64,000 nucleotides of DNA from Octopus sinensis (GCF_006345805.1 NW_021830460.1:1-64000); one strand, 5' to 3'. Positions 38,119 to 53,890 are shown, counted from the first letter of the stretch. A program made the numbers and translations. The notes: generated from the letters alone by a model not told the origin.

Positions 38119-38676
38119 AAATGCCCTGATGCAGTACCAGACAGTGGCTCTCATGACTTCTGATCTTAACTGATTGCAAGTGTTATTATGTACATTGTTT
38201 TGTCTTGGCATAAAAGATGGGCCACAGCAAATATTCTGCTCAATACCACAGATTTGCTTGTCAGTTGTTTGACCATAACCGCTTGAGCATGTCCCTCAGT
38301 GGATGATGATATGTGCATCTCTGATCATAAGCAGAAGTAGTGGGGGAGCATCATAGCCGTGTGTTGAAAGAAATTCTTAGAGGTCTGGATAATTCCCCTT
38401 TGGAAACCTGAGTGCTTCGTTCAGCATCCTTAAACAACCCTTATTCAGAGACCTTTTGAGCGGGATGGGTTACTCGACCTGAAGAAAATCCCAACTGGAC
38501 CCCACCTGCAAGGTCATGTGCTGTTTATCTTGATATGAGATCACCATGTCATGCACATACGCTTGTGATGTATGTGCCTGGTGTACCCTTATCAGACGGG
38601 TAGTGATGATGGGTATACTGGGCTTCGTATATTTTACCCCAATGTCACTTTGATGGCATGCACTGCTCTCTCAGTC
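38119..38676 (+). mobile_element. Second, apparently identical copy of the ~560-bp element (648-bp period)
   Basis: Direct repeat of 37471-38028. Confidence 0.7.
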
Positions 38677-38695
38677 AATAATAATAATAATAATA

Positions 38696-38738
<43 letters not shown>

Positions 38739-39594
38739 TAATAATAATAATAAGTGAGTAATTTGAATTTCCCTCAAAATAAGTTAAGGAACTTACATAT
38801 CTACAGCTCATACGTACACCTAATAAGAAAAATTAGAAACATAATATCTCCAATTTTGTGTGAACATTTAGTCGTCTCTCATGACTATAAGAATGTGTAA
38901 AATTGCCTTTTATTGTAACAACACTATTAAATGCATGATAAAAAATTATGGAATTAAGCACCTGCTAATATATACATACAACTGAATTCAGAAATTTAAA
39001 AGATATATACATAACATTGAATTCAGAAATTTAAAAAATCCTCGACGTGAACATCAGATAATATGTGTGTGAGTATACATATACATATACATATGTATGT
39101 GGAAAGGAAGAAAAGAGAAAGGAAAAAAATAATAAATGTAAACAGGTTTGACCTTTTACTGACCATTAATGTCCTTTGCTATTCGGCTATCTCTCCATCA
39201 TCTGCTGAATCTATTTATAGACACATAGAACATGACCTCTTTAACTAACTATTCCCCCACACAATGGCAGTAGTGGTGATGATGGCGAAAATGATAGGAA
39301 CAAAAATAACAATAATAAGATACTGCCGTGACTGCACATACAACAATATCATTGATGATGATGATGGTGATGGTGATGTTGATTATGATGATGATGGTGA
39401 TGGTGATAGTAATAACAATAATAACTGACAGATCCCTTTTTTTTTCTCCGTATTTTATTCTCATTATTTCGAACTAATACAGGCAGAGTGAGCCTTTTAT
39501 AAATTTAAAAGAGGAAGGGAAAAGAAGGAAGAAAAAAGGGGAAGAAGGAGAAAGAGAGAAAGAGAGAGGAAAAAAGGAAGAGAAGGAGAAAAAA

Positions 39595-42500
39595 ATGTTC
39601 GAAGATAAAACTATCAACAAAAAAAAATACAGACGAATACAGACTGCTAGTCTTAAGAAGCTGCGCTACGAGCAATGCTTACGTGTAGAGAACCCTAAAC
39701 TGACAGATCCATCTCCTAATGTAATAATGGAAGCTCGTCATGCTTCAATGTCAACAAATCAAACTGTAAACCGCATTGGTCGTCGCGCGGATTACAAAAG
39801 ACCACGTACCCGAAAATTGAACCAAATTCTGATTGAAAAATCAGCTTCTGGATCAAATATTCCCAACACAGGAGCTGGAAGTACCCCACAACCGGAATAT
39901 TCCAACAGATGGCCATCAATGTTCGTTTCCAAATAATCAAAAGAAAAAGAAGGAATTTGGTCTAGGGAAGCTAATAAAGAAGTTCTTGCGGCCTTCTACC
40001 ATGCCATATATTTCCCCACAGATAGATCTAACACTGTAAAAACATACTTAAACTGGAGACAGAAACACCCTGAAGTAAGACCCTACATAGACAGCAACAA
40101 ACTTGCCAACGTCAGAAGAAACATTAAAAAAAAAATTACTGACTGAAGTAGAGATTGATCAAGTTAGACAAGCAATATCGGATAAAATGAACGAAGCTGC
40201 AGCTAGAGAAGATAATACAGAGGAAATAATTATAGACCAGCCCAGGGCTGATAAAAACGAAGTAAGGATTGAAAGAGTTAGTATAAGTGACAGGCAAAGT
40301 GAAATACTCCCTGAACCAATCATAAACACTAAAACAGATGAACATCAAATAGATACACAGAAATATTGACCCAACAGAACTACATGAGCTAAAACATCAA
40401 ATCATGATTGAATGGCTGAAAATTAAAGAAACCAGCATGGATGAGCGTGATACACTCCCTAAAATCCGCAACTCTAACCAAAACATAAAATAATTGGTAA
40501 AATCCGGCTTGCACTTAAGGATATAATTTCAGCTAATGATGTTGATATCACAAATCTCAACCACCTATACTATGCATCCGCGAAAATCTCAACGATCCTA
40601 TGTGGTGTAAAGATCAGAAAACGGCAACATTCCCACAAAAAGCCTTCTTGGCAAGAGCGTTTGCAACAACAAATTAAACTATTTAGATCTGATATTGAAT
40701 ATTTGAAAAACCTTAAGGTTCACAAGACTACCAAACCTACAAAAACCCAAAAATGACTGAAAAAATACAATATGAAAACTATACTTGATATTGATGCCAC
40801 CATAGAAACCATCAAACAAAAGGTATCTGCCAAAGCTGCCCGCATAGCGAGGTATGAAAAGCGTGTTAGATTTTTCAAGGACAACAACATGTTCAAAAAT
40901 AACCCCAAGAATTTTTACAGGAAGATAGGAAAAACAGCGTTTACTGCAAGGTCTGTACCATCAAAAGAAGTGCAGGGATTTTGGAATAAAATTTGGGCAG
41001 AAGAAAAAACACACAACGAAAAGGCCCCCTGGATTGACAGAATATCTACAGAACTGGACCCCTTAGAAGAGCAAAAGTGGAAGGGTGTCAAGGTAGAAGA
41101 TATAAGATCTGCTCTCAGGAGGTCAAGCAAATGGAAGTCTCCAAGAAAGGATAAAATTCCTAACTTCTGGCTGAATGCCTTCCCAGAGAGCCATGAACTG
41201 CGAACAGAACTGTACAATGATGTTTTGCAACACCCTAGTAGGATGCCTCTTGGCTAGTTAATGGGTTAACATTCCTGGTCCCTAAAAGTGAAGAAACAAA
41301 TGAACCAAAAAACTATAGACCCATAACCTGCTTAACAACTATGTATAAAACGCTAACATCTGTCCTGACGGAATATACTTATAGCTTTTTAACAGACAGC
41401 AGCATATTCCCTAATGAACAGAAAAGATGTAAACGTGGATCCTACGTCTGTAAAGATCAACTACTCATCAATAAGATGATCTTAGAAGATTGTCACAAAC
41501 GACACAAAAACTTATCAATAGTCTGGATAGACTATGAAAAGGCCTTTGATAGCCTACCACATAGCTGGATTAGGAAATGCCTGGAAATGTATAAGATAGC
41601 ACCTACTCTGCGAAACATTTTGACTGTAAGTATGAGATCATGGAGAACCACACTAACTCTGAACAGTGACAATGAATCCCTAAATGCTGGTGATGTAAAA
41701 ATTTCGTGTGGAATTTTCCAGGGTGACTCACTGTCACCACTCCTCTTTTGTTTAGCCTTAATACCTCTCTCAAAACTGCTCAATGACGCGCAGTACGGGT
41801 ATAAATTGTTTGATAAAAATATAAATCATCTCATTTACATGGATGATTTAAAGCTTTTTGCAAAAAATGACCAACAACTCAAGGGCTTACTAGCGATAGT
41901 CAAACAATTCAGTGACGACATCAGAATGCAATTCGGCCTCGATAAATGTGCAAAAGCTACCTTTATCAAAGGAAAAATGACAGAAACATCTAACGTTAAC
42001 CTTGACCAGCAAAATGTCATAAAAGAACTAGACCCAGCGGAGAGCTACAAGTACCTAGGGTAATTAAAGGGAACGGAATAAGGCATTCAGAGATGAAGGA
42101 AATGATCAGGAGAGAATGTTATCGAAGAGTGAGAGCAATACTCAAGACAGAGCTGAATGCAAGAAACAGGATCGAAGCGATCAATGCATTAGCCATACCA
42201 GTCGTGACTTACAGTTTCAATATCGTTAACTGGTCAATTACTGAAATATGTCAGCTCGACAGAAAAATAAGAAAACTGTTGACAATGCATAGAATGCACC
42301 ACCCTAAGGCAGATACAGAACGACTTTATCTGCCAAGAAAAGAGGGAGACCGTGGTCTTTTGCAACTGGCAATAACAATGAAGATTGCTACAATTGGCCT
42401 AGACGCCAACCTGAAAATGTCTGAGGACTGGATGTTAAAGCTTGTCTCAAAACATGAAAACAAGAAAGCATCATACTCAGTAACAAAACAGGCAAAGGAA

Positions 42501-43580
42501 TATCTAAGTGAATTCCGAATACAACAAATTTCGGAATTAAGATAGACATACAAGAAACAAGCACAGAAAAAGCTAGGCGCATGAAAACCCGTGCCAAAAC
42601 TGCGGCCTTAGATATTCTGAATAATAAATGGCAAGAAAAACCTCTCTATGGCAAATACCCAAAGAGAGCGAATAATGCAGATATTGACAAAGCCTTGACC
42701 CATCAATGGCTAATGGCCTCTGGCTTAAAATCTAAAACAGTAGGGTTTATCATAGCAGCTCAAGATCAATGCCTACCAACAAGAAACTACCAGGCCAACA
42801 TATTAAAGAACGGCAGTAGCCCAACATGTGTATGCCGACAACAAAATGAAACCATTGATCATGTTGTCTCCAAATGCAGTCTTCTAGCGTCTACAGAGTA
42901 CCTCAACAGGCATGATAGAGCTGCACAATATATTCACTGGGTAATTTGCAAAAACCTGGATTTGCCCCATGAAAAAAACTGGTGGGAACACAATCCACCT
43001 CCAGTACTTGAAAATGACCACATTTCACTCCTCTGGAACTTCACCATTCAAACTGACAGAAAGATAGATGCAAATAGGCCAGACATCATATTGAAAGACT
43101 TCAGACAAAGAACATGCCTCCTCATTGATATGACTGTCCCAATCGATATAAACGTATCTGTCAAGACCTACCAAAAACTGAGCAAATATAAAGATCTTGA
43201 AATAGAAATCAGCAAAATGTGGAACCTGAAGACTAAGACAATACCTGTTTTCATAGGTGCCCTGGGAATGATAGCGAAAGGGGCTGATTGCTACCTAACT
43301 CATATACCAGGAAACCCCAAAATGGCAGAAATTCAAAAGATAGTGCTCATGGGAACTACTCATATCCTACGCAATATACTCTCTATGTAATCCCAAGGTT
43401 TAAAACAAACTTTTTATTTTAAATTTATATATTAGACATTCACTAGTACAACACCAAAAAAACCCCAAATATATGGCACACTAGGCATAACAACAACGTG
43501 AACTTCCAACCTGTTGTCTCTTGAGGTCTCTGGGTGAGACTTGGAGCCAACTTATACAAACATAAAGCAAAAGTCAACAT
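39595..43580 (+). mobile_element. R4/Dong family A, near full-length (~4 kb), disrupted single ORF
   Basis: NYRPITCLTTMYK, CKDQLLINK, IFQGDSLSPLLF, IYMDDLKLF, RHDRAA, RPDII..LIDMTVP..KLSKYKDL; 3' UTR followed by (AAT)n; GA-rich 5' flank. Confidence 0.92.
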
Positions 43581-43595
43581 ATAATAATAATAATA

Positions 43596-43639
<44 letters not shown>

Positions 43640-43641
43640 TA

Positions 43642-43676
<35 letters not shown>

Positions 43677-43697
43677 AATAATAATAATATAATAATG

Positions 43698-45220
<1,523 letters not shown>

Positions 45221-45240
45221 GTAATAATAATAATAATAAT

Positions 45241-45452
45241 AACAAGAGCACTCAGAGAGCTCAAACCTCTGCCAAGGCAACACCAACGTCCTCTCAATGA
45301 TTAGAGATGATGTTTAAAATGAGAATATCTGAAATAAACTCGACTGCTCTCACAAACGAGAATACTAAAAATGAACCCGACCGCTCTCATAAATTAATTT
45401 TAAAACATCGGAAAAATAATCCAGAATCCTTGTCCAGTACCTGGTCGATCCC
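45241..45452 (+). mobile_element. 5' half of the Helentron-like element (paralogous to 20769)
   Basis: Same breakpoint GTCGATCCC|AATGGT as the 20769 copy. Confidence 0.7.
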
Positions 45453-45852
45453 AATGGTTGTCATGGAATGTGAAAATGGCTGTAGAAAATTTAGTAACAG
45501 TAATAAATAGTTTATCCTAATCTAATATATGAGCCAAAATTAACAAATTCACCATTCAAAATAGTTTCAAAGGCGGAGTAGTAAGTTCTACTCAGAATTT
45601 TTAAATGAATAGCATCAGACCCTTTGGTTTTCTCTTCTCTTAAATTCTGGCTTTCCTTTAGTATTCCTGTTGTTTTAGATTGATGTATAGATGCATGTAT
45701 ATAGGTAAGTATACTGTATGTATAATATATAATATATATATTATAAATATATGTTAGTGTTATTTAATTTCTGGGCGGTTTTGCTGCCGTTTGTTGATGT
45801 AGTTTTGGTTTCTTTATCCATCAGTTTCTACTAGGATAAGATGCAGGCAGGA

Positions 45853-45883
<31 letters not shown>

Positions 45884-46053
45884 AAGAAGAAGAAGAAGAA
45901 GAAGAAGAAGAAGAAGAAGAAGAGAAGAAGAAGAAGGAAGAAGAAGAAGAAGAAGAAGAAGAAGAAGAAGAAGAAGAAGAAGAAGAAGAAGAAGAAGAAG
46001 AAGAAGAAGAAGAAGAAGAAGAAGAAGAAGAAGAAGAAGAAGAAGAAGAAGAA
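45853..46053. repeat. ~200-bp (GAA)n microsatellite
   Basis: Direct reading. Confidence 0.97.
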
Positions 46054-46139
46054 TGTGCCCTGGTAGCAGCTGGACGTGTCTTTCGCTGCTCTGATAAGTC
46101 AGCAGCTGAAGACACAGGAATTCTACTACAACTGAAAAA

Positions 46140-46990
46140 CAACTTTTAAAAACTGGAATATCTAAAAAATTTTCGTTGAGTACCTAAAATCTCATTCTAA
46201 TTAGCTTTAAAATCTTGATTATCTACAATTTTCTCTGGACGAACACACAAACAATCATCTTTAAAAACTCTAATATCTACAATTTCCTATGAATACCCAA
46301 AGCTCTTCTTTTCTCTCTGACTAGCCAAATATGTAAACATCCCTTTTTTATCTGCAAGAACACTCTTAGACGCCTCCGGTTATCCAACTTAAGCAATTTA
46401 TGTATATAGAAATTATTCTATTACAACCAGAAAACATTTTTTTGAAAACTGAAGTATCTATAATCCTCTGTGAGTATTTAAAATCTCATTCTAAATGAGT
46501 ATTTAAAATCTCATTCTAAATAACTTTAAAAACTTGACTATCTACTGTATTCTCTGGACGGACACACAAACGATCATCTTTAAAAACATTAATATCTACA
46601 ATATTATGTGAAAAGTAAAACTTTCCGTGAACACACAAATAATCATCTTTAAGAACTTTAATATCTACACTGTACTGTGAATAGCCAAATATGTAAAAAA
46701 TTTCTCTGCAAGAACACTCTTAAACGCCTCTGGCTATCTTTACTTAAACAATTTACAGGCTTAAAAACTTGATTATATTCAGTTTTCTCTGGACGAACAC
46801 ACAAATGATCATCTTTAAAAACTTTAATATCTACAATCCTATGGAAAAAAAATTTAATTGCTAAACACACACAAACGATCATTTTTAATATATACATTGT
46901 ACTGTGAATAGCCAAATATGAAAAAAAAACAGATATTTCTACAAGAACACTCTTAAACGCCGCCGGATAACTAATTTAAGCAATTTTTAT
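46140..46990. repeat. Diverged tandem repeat, about three ~300-bp units with internal sub-repeats
   Basis: TAGCCAAATATG..CAAGAACACTCTTA..ACGCC recurs at ~46322, 46682 and 46909; TCTCTGGACG(A/G)ACACACAAA..ATCATCTTTAAAAA recurs at ~46233, 46551 and 46787. Confidence 0.75.
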
Positions 46991-47089
46991 ATATGGAAAT
47001 TATATATACGTGAGTGTGAGTGTGTGTACTTTATTTCTGTCTTTCTATCGGTAATTAAAACGCACAAGGTGAGTTGGTAGTAAACACAT

Positions 47090-50000
47090 ATTTGACCTCT
47101 GCTGACCGCTCCTTTGCTGGACCACATGCGTACAATCACTCTTTCACCCACCGCCGACTCCTATTGAGTCTATTTATAGACTAACGATATCTAACTGTAT
47201 GACTGCCATCCTGCCTATCTACTGCCAACCTGCCCTCTCCTTCCTCTAAATAATAATAATAATACACTGTTGCCTTCTCCTTCCTCTAAATAATAATAAT
47301 AATAATAATACACTCTTGCCATGACTACAAGGAGTGACCACAGGCCAGCTACGGCTGCTATAATGGTACGATTATAATTGTAACGGCAATGATGGCCGTT
47401 TCCCCGCGAGCCACTCAGAGCTCAAAAATGATAACATTATCGTAGCACGAAAATGTTTTTGGAAACTAAAAGGAAAACTAAATCAGTATACCAAATCGCT
47501 TGTCCTATGGTTAATCTGGAAGCGCGTCCCCCAGGGAAGAGCCAGCCTGGGATCGAAAAGTCATCAACTGGCACAAACTCTTCTCCGAATACGGACATGG
47601 ATGGTCACTTGAACGGGAAATTCCCCAACTCGAGCCCTCCAAGTTCACCACTACAACCACCACAGAAAGAAAATGTAAGCGGAACAAATGGACCAGAGAA
47701 GAGTATAAATAAGTAATATACGCTTATTACAGTAATTCTTACAGTATATGGAGAACACGGAATCAAGACAGTAGACCCTATTTGGACGAGAACAAATTGG
47801 CAAACGTGAGGAGGGATATCCTTCGAAATAACATACTCACAGACAGTGAAATAAGTGCGATCAAGCACGCAACGGAAAAGGACATAAATATAAGACACAA
47901 AGGAAATGAAGAATCAGATGAACAAAATAGCCCGCCACGAGGCTTAATTGAAAGTCTGCCATCTGACCAAAGCACGCAAAGGCCTGAAGATACAAGAAAT
48001 TCTATTGAACCTGTTAAGGATAGTCAGGAAAATGATAAAACAACAGTAACTGAAGATCTCGCATTTGCTGAAGAACACAGAGAGTCTATGGCAGAAATGA
48101 ATACGCTTGAAGTTGTAAGACATACAAGTATGAATGATAGAGAACCACTTCATAAACTCTCAAATACAAACCAAAATTAAAAAACAAATCAAAATTGGCA
48201 ACTATGTAACAAATGAAATAATACAAGAATTAAAACCTGATTTTACTGAGTTAAATGAAATTATTTACGCTTCTGCTAGGGCAATTGAAATCAGCTGTAT
48301 TCCCCCGAAAAAACAAAGAAAACCAAACCTGGGAAAAAATCAAACCTGGAGAAGTAAAATTGAAAAAGAGATTGAATTTATGAGAGGGGAAATATCAATA
48401 TTAAATGAACTAATATGTGGAAATGATGTAAGATCCAGAACAGGAAGAAAGATGAAGAGAAAATTTGGATCCTCACCAAGAGAAGAACTGATATCAATAA
48501 AAGAAACGCTGAAACAAAAAGTTCAAGCAAAAGCTCAAAGAATACGAAGATTTGAGAAGAGAAACATGTTTTACAAGCAAAATAAGCTGTTCACATCCAA
48601 TGCCAAAAAATTCTACGGAGAAATAGGGAAGGAGAAAGTAGCCGTTAAAGACCCCCTCCCATGGAAGAAGTTCAAAACTTTTGGAAAAGGATTTGGAGTG
48701 ACAAGAAGACGTACAACATAAATGCAGACTGAATTATACAAACAGAAGGATCCTACCAAAATTTACAACAACAAGCATGGGAAGACATCACAATAGCATA
48801 CCTAAGAAAGGCACTCACGAAGGCCCATAATTGGAAATCCCCCGGTAGAAATAGGGTGCCGAATTTCTGGCTCTCATCGCTCCCATGCGCACACGGTAAG
48901 CTAGTTCAGCTGCTCAATGGAATTATGAGAGACCCAAAGGAAACACCTGAATGGTTAGCAAGTGGTATTACTTACCTACTCCCAAAGAATAACGAAACCA
49001 AACTTCCAAAAACTATCGGCCTATAACCTGTTTATCTACCACGTATAAAATCCTAACATCTATCCTGGCGGAGAAAACATATGCATTCATGGAGAAGAAC
49101 GATATTTTCCCCATTGAACAAAAAGGGTGCCGCCGAGGCTCATACGGATGCAAAGATCAACTGCTAATTAATCGTATGATCCTTGAGAACTGTCACAACA
49201 AGCGCAGAAATCTCAGCTCCGCATGGATTGACTATAAAAAGGCCTTCGACAGTATACCGCATCCATGGATCTTGAGATCGCTGGACATCTTCAAAATTTC
49301 CCCTGTGATTTCAAGCTTCCTGAAGCATAATATGTCGTTGTGGAATACGAATCCCCAATTATACCACTCTAACGGAGTACTTGCCTCAGAGAATATAAAC
49401 ATCAACTGTGACATTTTTCAAGATGACTCACTTTCACCTCTAATATTCTGCATAGCCCTAATACCCCTTACAAGTGAATTAAACAGAACAGGGTATGGGT
49501 ATAAAATTGTCAATAAAAAATAAGCCATCTATTTTATATGGATGATTAAAACTCTATGGTAAAGACGATACTGAACTTGAAGGCATATTGCGCACTGTGG
49601 AATCATTCAGTGATGACATCGGGATGGAGTCTGGGCTTGAGAAGTGTGCCAAGGCCACTTTCCAGAAAGGGAAAGTGAAGACCACAAATTCAGTCGTGTT
49701 AGATGTTGACACAGTCATAAGAGAGCTTAAGCAAGAACAAACCTACAAATATTTAGGGATAAATGAAGGCTCTAGTATTCAGCATGCAAGCATGAAAGAG
49801 AAGATCAGGAAGGAATGCTATAGGAGAGTTAAAGCAGTCCTGAAATCTGAACTAAATGCACGTAACAAGGTGTTAGCTATAAATTCCTTAGCAGTTCCAG
49901 TTGTTACTTATAGCTACAATGTGTTGAACTGGAATATGAGTGAAGTAAAGAAAATAGATAGGAAAATACGCAAGCTGCTGAGTTGTAATAGGATGCACCA

Positions 50001-51231
50001 CCCAAAGGCAGACGTAGATCGCCTTTACCTCCCCAGAGCCCAATGAGGTCGTGGCCTGATCCAATTTGAACTAGCTTACAAAACAACCACAATTGGACTG
50101 GCCAAATATCTTGAAATAACGAATGACTGGATGCTAAAGCTCGTGGAAAATCACGAGAGACGAAAGAAGCTTCATTCTATCATAAAGGAAAGCAAAAGAT
50201 TTGCTATTGATCTCGCGCAGGACACCCAAACTGAACAACCCGAGGGAAGTACGGAAACTATTGTTGCAAAGAAGGTGAAAATAATAGCAACGAAAACAGC
50301 GCACGAGCAATTGGCTGATAGGTGGGAGGAGAAACCTCTGCACGGCAAATATGTGGCCCGTAGCAAACAAGCTGATGTTGACCAGAAGCAAACCCATCAG
50401 TGGTTACGGAGCTCAGGGCTAAAAGCAGAGAGCGAAGGTTTCATCCTGGCTGCTCAAGATCAAAGCCTATTAACCCGGAACTACCAGGCCAATGTGATGA
50501 AAAATGGAGCAGACCCAAAATGCCGATTCTGCCACGACATGATTGAAATAGTGGACCACCTAATCTCTGGATGTAAAGTCTTAGCACCAGTGGAGTATAA
50601 ATTAAGACATGACAGAGTTGGCCAATATCTACACTGGCTAATAAGTCGGCATTACAATATGAAAACTGCCGACAAGTGGTATAATCACCACCCTGAAGCT
50701 GTAACTGAAGGAGAAAACGTAACGATTCTGTGGGATTTTCCAGTACATACAGACCGAACCATCAAAGCCAATAAACCGGATATTGTTGTGAAAGACCAAA
50801 ACAATAAAGTTTGCTTATTGATCGACATGAGCATCCCCTGTGATCACAATATCTCGGCGAAAGAATTTGACAAGCTCAGAAAATATAAAGACCTGCTCAT
50901 TGAAATTGAGAAAATGTGGCATCTCAAGGCGGTTACAATACCAGTGATCGTAGGAGCACTAGGAATGATCAAGAAGGGAATCGAAAATTATATGATAATG
51001 ACCCCTAGCTTACCATCTCTGCAAGAAGTGCAAAAGATTGTCTTAACTGGTACATCACACGTATTGAGAAGAGCAGTGTCGATGTGAGAACTATTACTAC
51101 CCATGTATTTTAATTTAAGTTTATTTCTATCAATAAAAAAAAATTAACGAACTAATGAGTTTAGTTTAATGGCCTACCAATGTATACTATGAGTTTCTTT
51201 GCCCTAGGAGTCGGGAAGACACTCGGCAAGA

Positions 51232-51233
<2 letters not shown>
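47090..51233 (+). mobile_element. R4/Dong family B, near full-length (~4.1 kb), disrupted ORF
   Basis: EQKGCRRGSYGCKDQLLIN, AWIDYKKAFDSIPH, intact 318-aa C-terminal ORF 50131-51087 (CCHC, RHD, KPDI..D..KY); (AAT)n tail. 5' boundary approximate. Confidence 0.9.
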
Positions 51234-51300
<67 letters not shown>

Positions 51301-51381
51301 TTCTACTCAGAACGTGAAAACAGATGAAATACCGCAAAGCAGTTTGCCAGGAGTGCTAACGATTCTGCCAGCTCGTCGCTT
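51301..51381 (-). mobile_element. SINE family 2 head
   Basis: CTCAGAACG..AAATACCGC..GTGCTAACGATTCTGCCAGCTCG. Confidence 0.7.
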
Positions 51382-51547
51382 TAGTCATTAATGATAATTA
51401 TTATCATACACCTATTACGTGAACACAGTAACTGCTAGAAATAATGGTTAAATTCCCCTAATATCACACGATCAAGGATATATCTTAGTAAATAAAACGG
51501 TAAGTACCTGAGAAACTCGTCCTGCCTTGGTTTTTGTAATCCTTTTC

Positions 51548-51585
<38 letters not shown>

Positions 51586-51586
<1 letters not shown>

Positions 51587-51855
51587 GTGGGAGGCACATG
51601 TCCTAGTGGTTTGAGCAGGGATCCCAGGTTCGAATCCCAGACGAGGCGATGTGTGTGTTTATGAGCGAAACACTTAATCTATACGCGGCTCCGGCAGAAA
51701 GTAATGGCGAACTTCTGCTGATTCTTTCGCCAAAACTTTCTCTCACAACTTTCTCTCACTCTTGCATCTTGCAGACGTCCTGTCCAGGTGGGGAACCTAT
51801 ACCCCAAGGAAACCAGCGTATGAACCAGGCGTGGCTCCAGAAGGAACAAACAATG
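51586..51855 (+). mobile_element. tRNA-derived SINE family 3
   Basis: A-box-like TCCTAGTGG and B-box GGTTCGAATCCC, then a unique body; sits between (TA)n tracts. Confidence 0.65.
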
Positions 51856-51958
<103 letters not shown>

Positions 51959-51982
51959 ATATATATATATATAATATATATA

Positions 51983-52035
<53 letters not shown>

Positions 52036-52039
<4 letters not shown>

Positions 52040-52835
52040 GGTGGGGAGCGTTAACCGAAAAGTTAACTTCGTAAATCGTCAATCCGTTAACCAACAATTT
52101 AACTTTAATCGTTAATCCGTTAATTCTTGGAAAATGTAACGGAAGTTAATGTTAATCCGTTAACATTAACTTTTATAGTAAAAAAAAAGCATACCTACAG
52201 TTTAATACCCCACTAAATTTGTCACTTCATAACTTCCAGAAGAATTGATACTTTTTAACAAAACTTTCACCAAATAATCGCTTATACCCTGTAGATTGAA
52301 AGTATGTAAAGATTTGTTGGGAAAATGTTTTCCGAGGGGTTTGAAAGAGGAGTTTCAGAAAATTCATAAGACCTGACATTTTCCCTCTCATAACTTTCTG
52401 GAAAATAGGTGTTTTTTAAGGAAATTTTATACAAATATCTTTCGAACGGTGTAGATTACGATTACAAAGAAATTTGTAGACAAAAGTTTTGGAAGGGGAC
52501 GGGGGAGGGATGGGTTTCTGTAAAACGGAGTTTCGGATCAAACGGCCTGCGTAAGTTGGAATTTCTCCGTTTTGACGGGGATTTTTTTCTAATGTTTTTC
52601 ACCAAAGTTTTCAGAATGATAGAAGGCATGTTTTCACGTAAAAAAGAAGAAAAAATTGTCTACCGCTTTTTATGACATTTGGGCGTTAACGGGCTTGAGT
52701 TAACGGAAGCTAAATATAACGGAAGTTGATTAGTCCGATAAGGATTTTCAAAGTTATATTACAAGTTAATTTTTTTACGAAAATGTTAACTTCGTTAATT
52801 AAAGATTAACGGATTAACGGACTTACGTCCCTCTG
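52036..52835. mobile_element. ~800-bp MITE (hAT-like CAGAGG termini) in (TA)n
   Basis: 5' CAGAGGTGGGGAGCGTTAAC, 3' GGACTTACGTCCCTCTG; clustered GTTAAC/CCGTTAA subterminal motifs at both ends. Confidence 0.55.
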
Positions 52836-52893
<58 letters not shown>

Positions 52894-53744
52894 ATATATA
52901 TTATATATATAATATAATATAAAATATATAAATATATGCATATATACATACATATATGTACATACCTACAAATATATGTATATATACATGCATATATGGG
53001 TACAGGACATCAAAAAAACCTTGAACACAATGAGAAACGAAGACATAAAAACAAGAACATAGAAACGAACTTTCTTTCAAACAACGGGAAAAAAAGAGAA
53101 CAAGACATACAACACAAGGAATATTCCCCTTCTTCAGTTGTCCCTGTTTCATCTACTCCGCGTTTATACGTATATATCACTCAAAGAAATTCCAACTTTG
53201 ATTTTCACGTTTTATTTACAATCTTTTTAATAATATAATATAAGATAACACAATAGAAGGAAATGATAGAATATTAAATGTCCATTCTGATTGAACTAGT
53301 ACTTTCGTGCATTAAACCATGCAATCTTCAGATTCATGTAGTAGTGGTGACAGTTATGTTTTACAATATACATAAATTACGTACTGATGCACGTACATCT
53401 GTACATGTGTTTCTTTGTATGTATACGTTTCTATATCTGAATATATACTTTATTTACGTACGTATGTATGATAGTATTTTCATATGTATGTAGATTTCAA
53501 GCTGAAGGCCACCGTCGCACCTGACATTTTATGGAGGGTCACATTCTTCTCAGGAGAAGGTCAAAAGTTATGCGACAATATTCTTACTTTTTCTCATACT
53601 TTGTATAAACTAGGACAAGGCGAGTACCACATTGCCAGTTTGTAAATGAAACACGTGATTGTTACAACCGGATATGCTGGACATCGTGGAACGATGATTA
53701 TTATTTTAAACCTTGGATTTGTCTTAGCCAAATGGAATATTTAT

Positions 53745-53890
53745 ACTTGGAATGGCTGTGTGTTAGGAAGCTTGCTTCCCAACCACATGGCACCTGGTTC
53801 AGTCTTACTGCGTGGAACCTTGGGCAAGTGTCTATGACTATAGCCGTGTGAGTGGCTTGATAGACAGAAACTGAAAGAAGCCCGTCGTAT
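53745..53890 (+). mobile_element. SINE family 1 head
   Basis: TGGCTGTGTGTTAGGAAGCTTGCTTCCCAACCACATGG..CTTGGGCAAGTGTC..GAAACTGAAAGAAGCCCGTCGTATAT. Confidence 0.8.

Noticed and set aside
47090-47220. Possible HDV-like ribozyme in the family B leader (GACTC/GAGTC, AGTC/GACT, CTAA)
   Set aside because: I could not build the P1/P2/P3/P1.1 double pseudoknot by hand. An RNArobo or Infernal search would settle it.
53010-53230. CTGAAGA and GAAAC motifs on the minus strand suggesting another hammerhead
   Set aside because: GAAAC lies upstream of CTGAAGA with no valid NUH site or stem I/III, and no GAAA follows the putative stem II.
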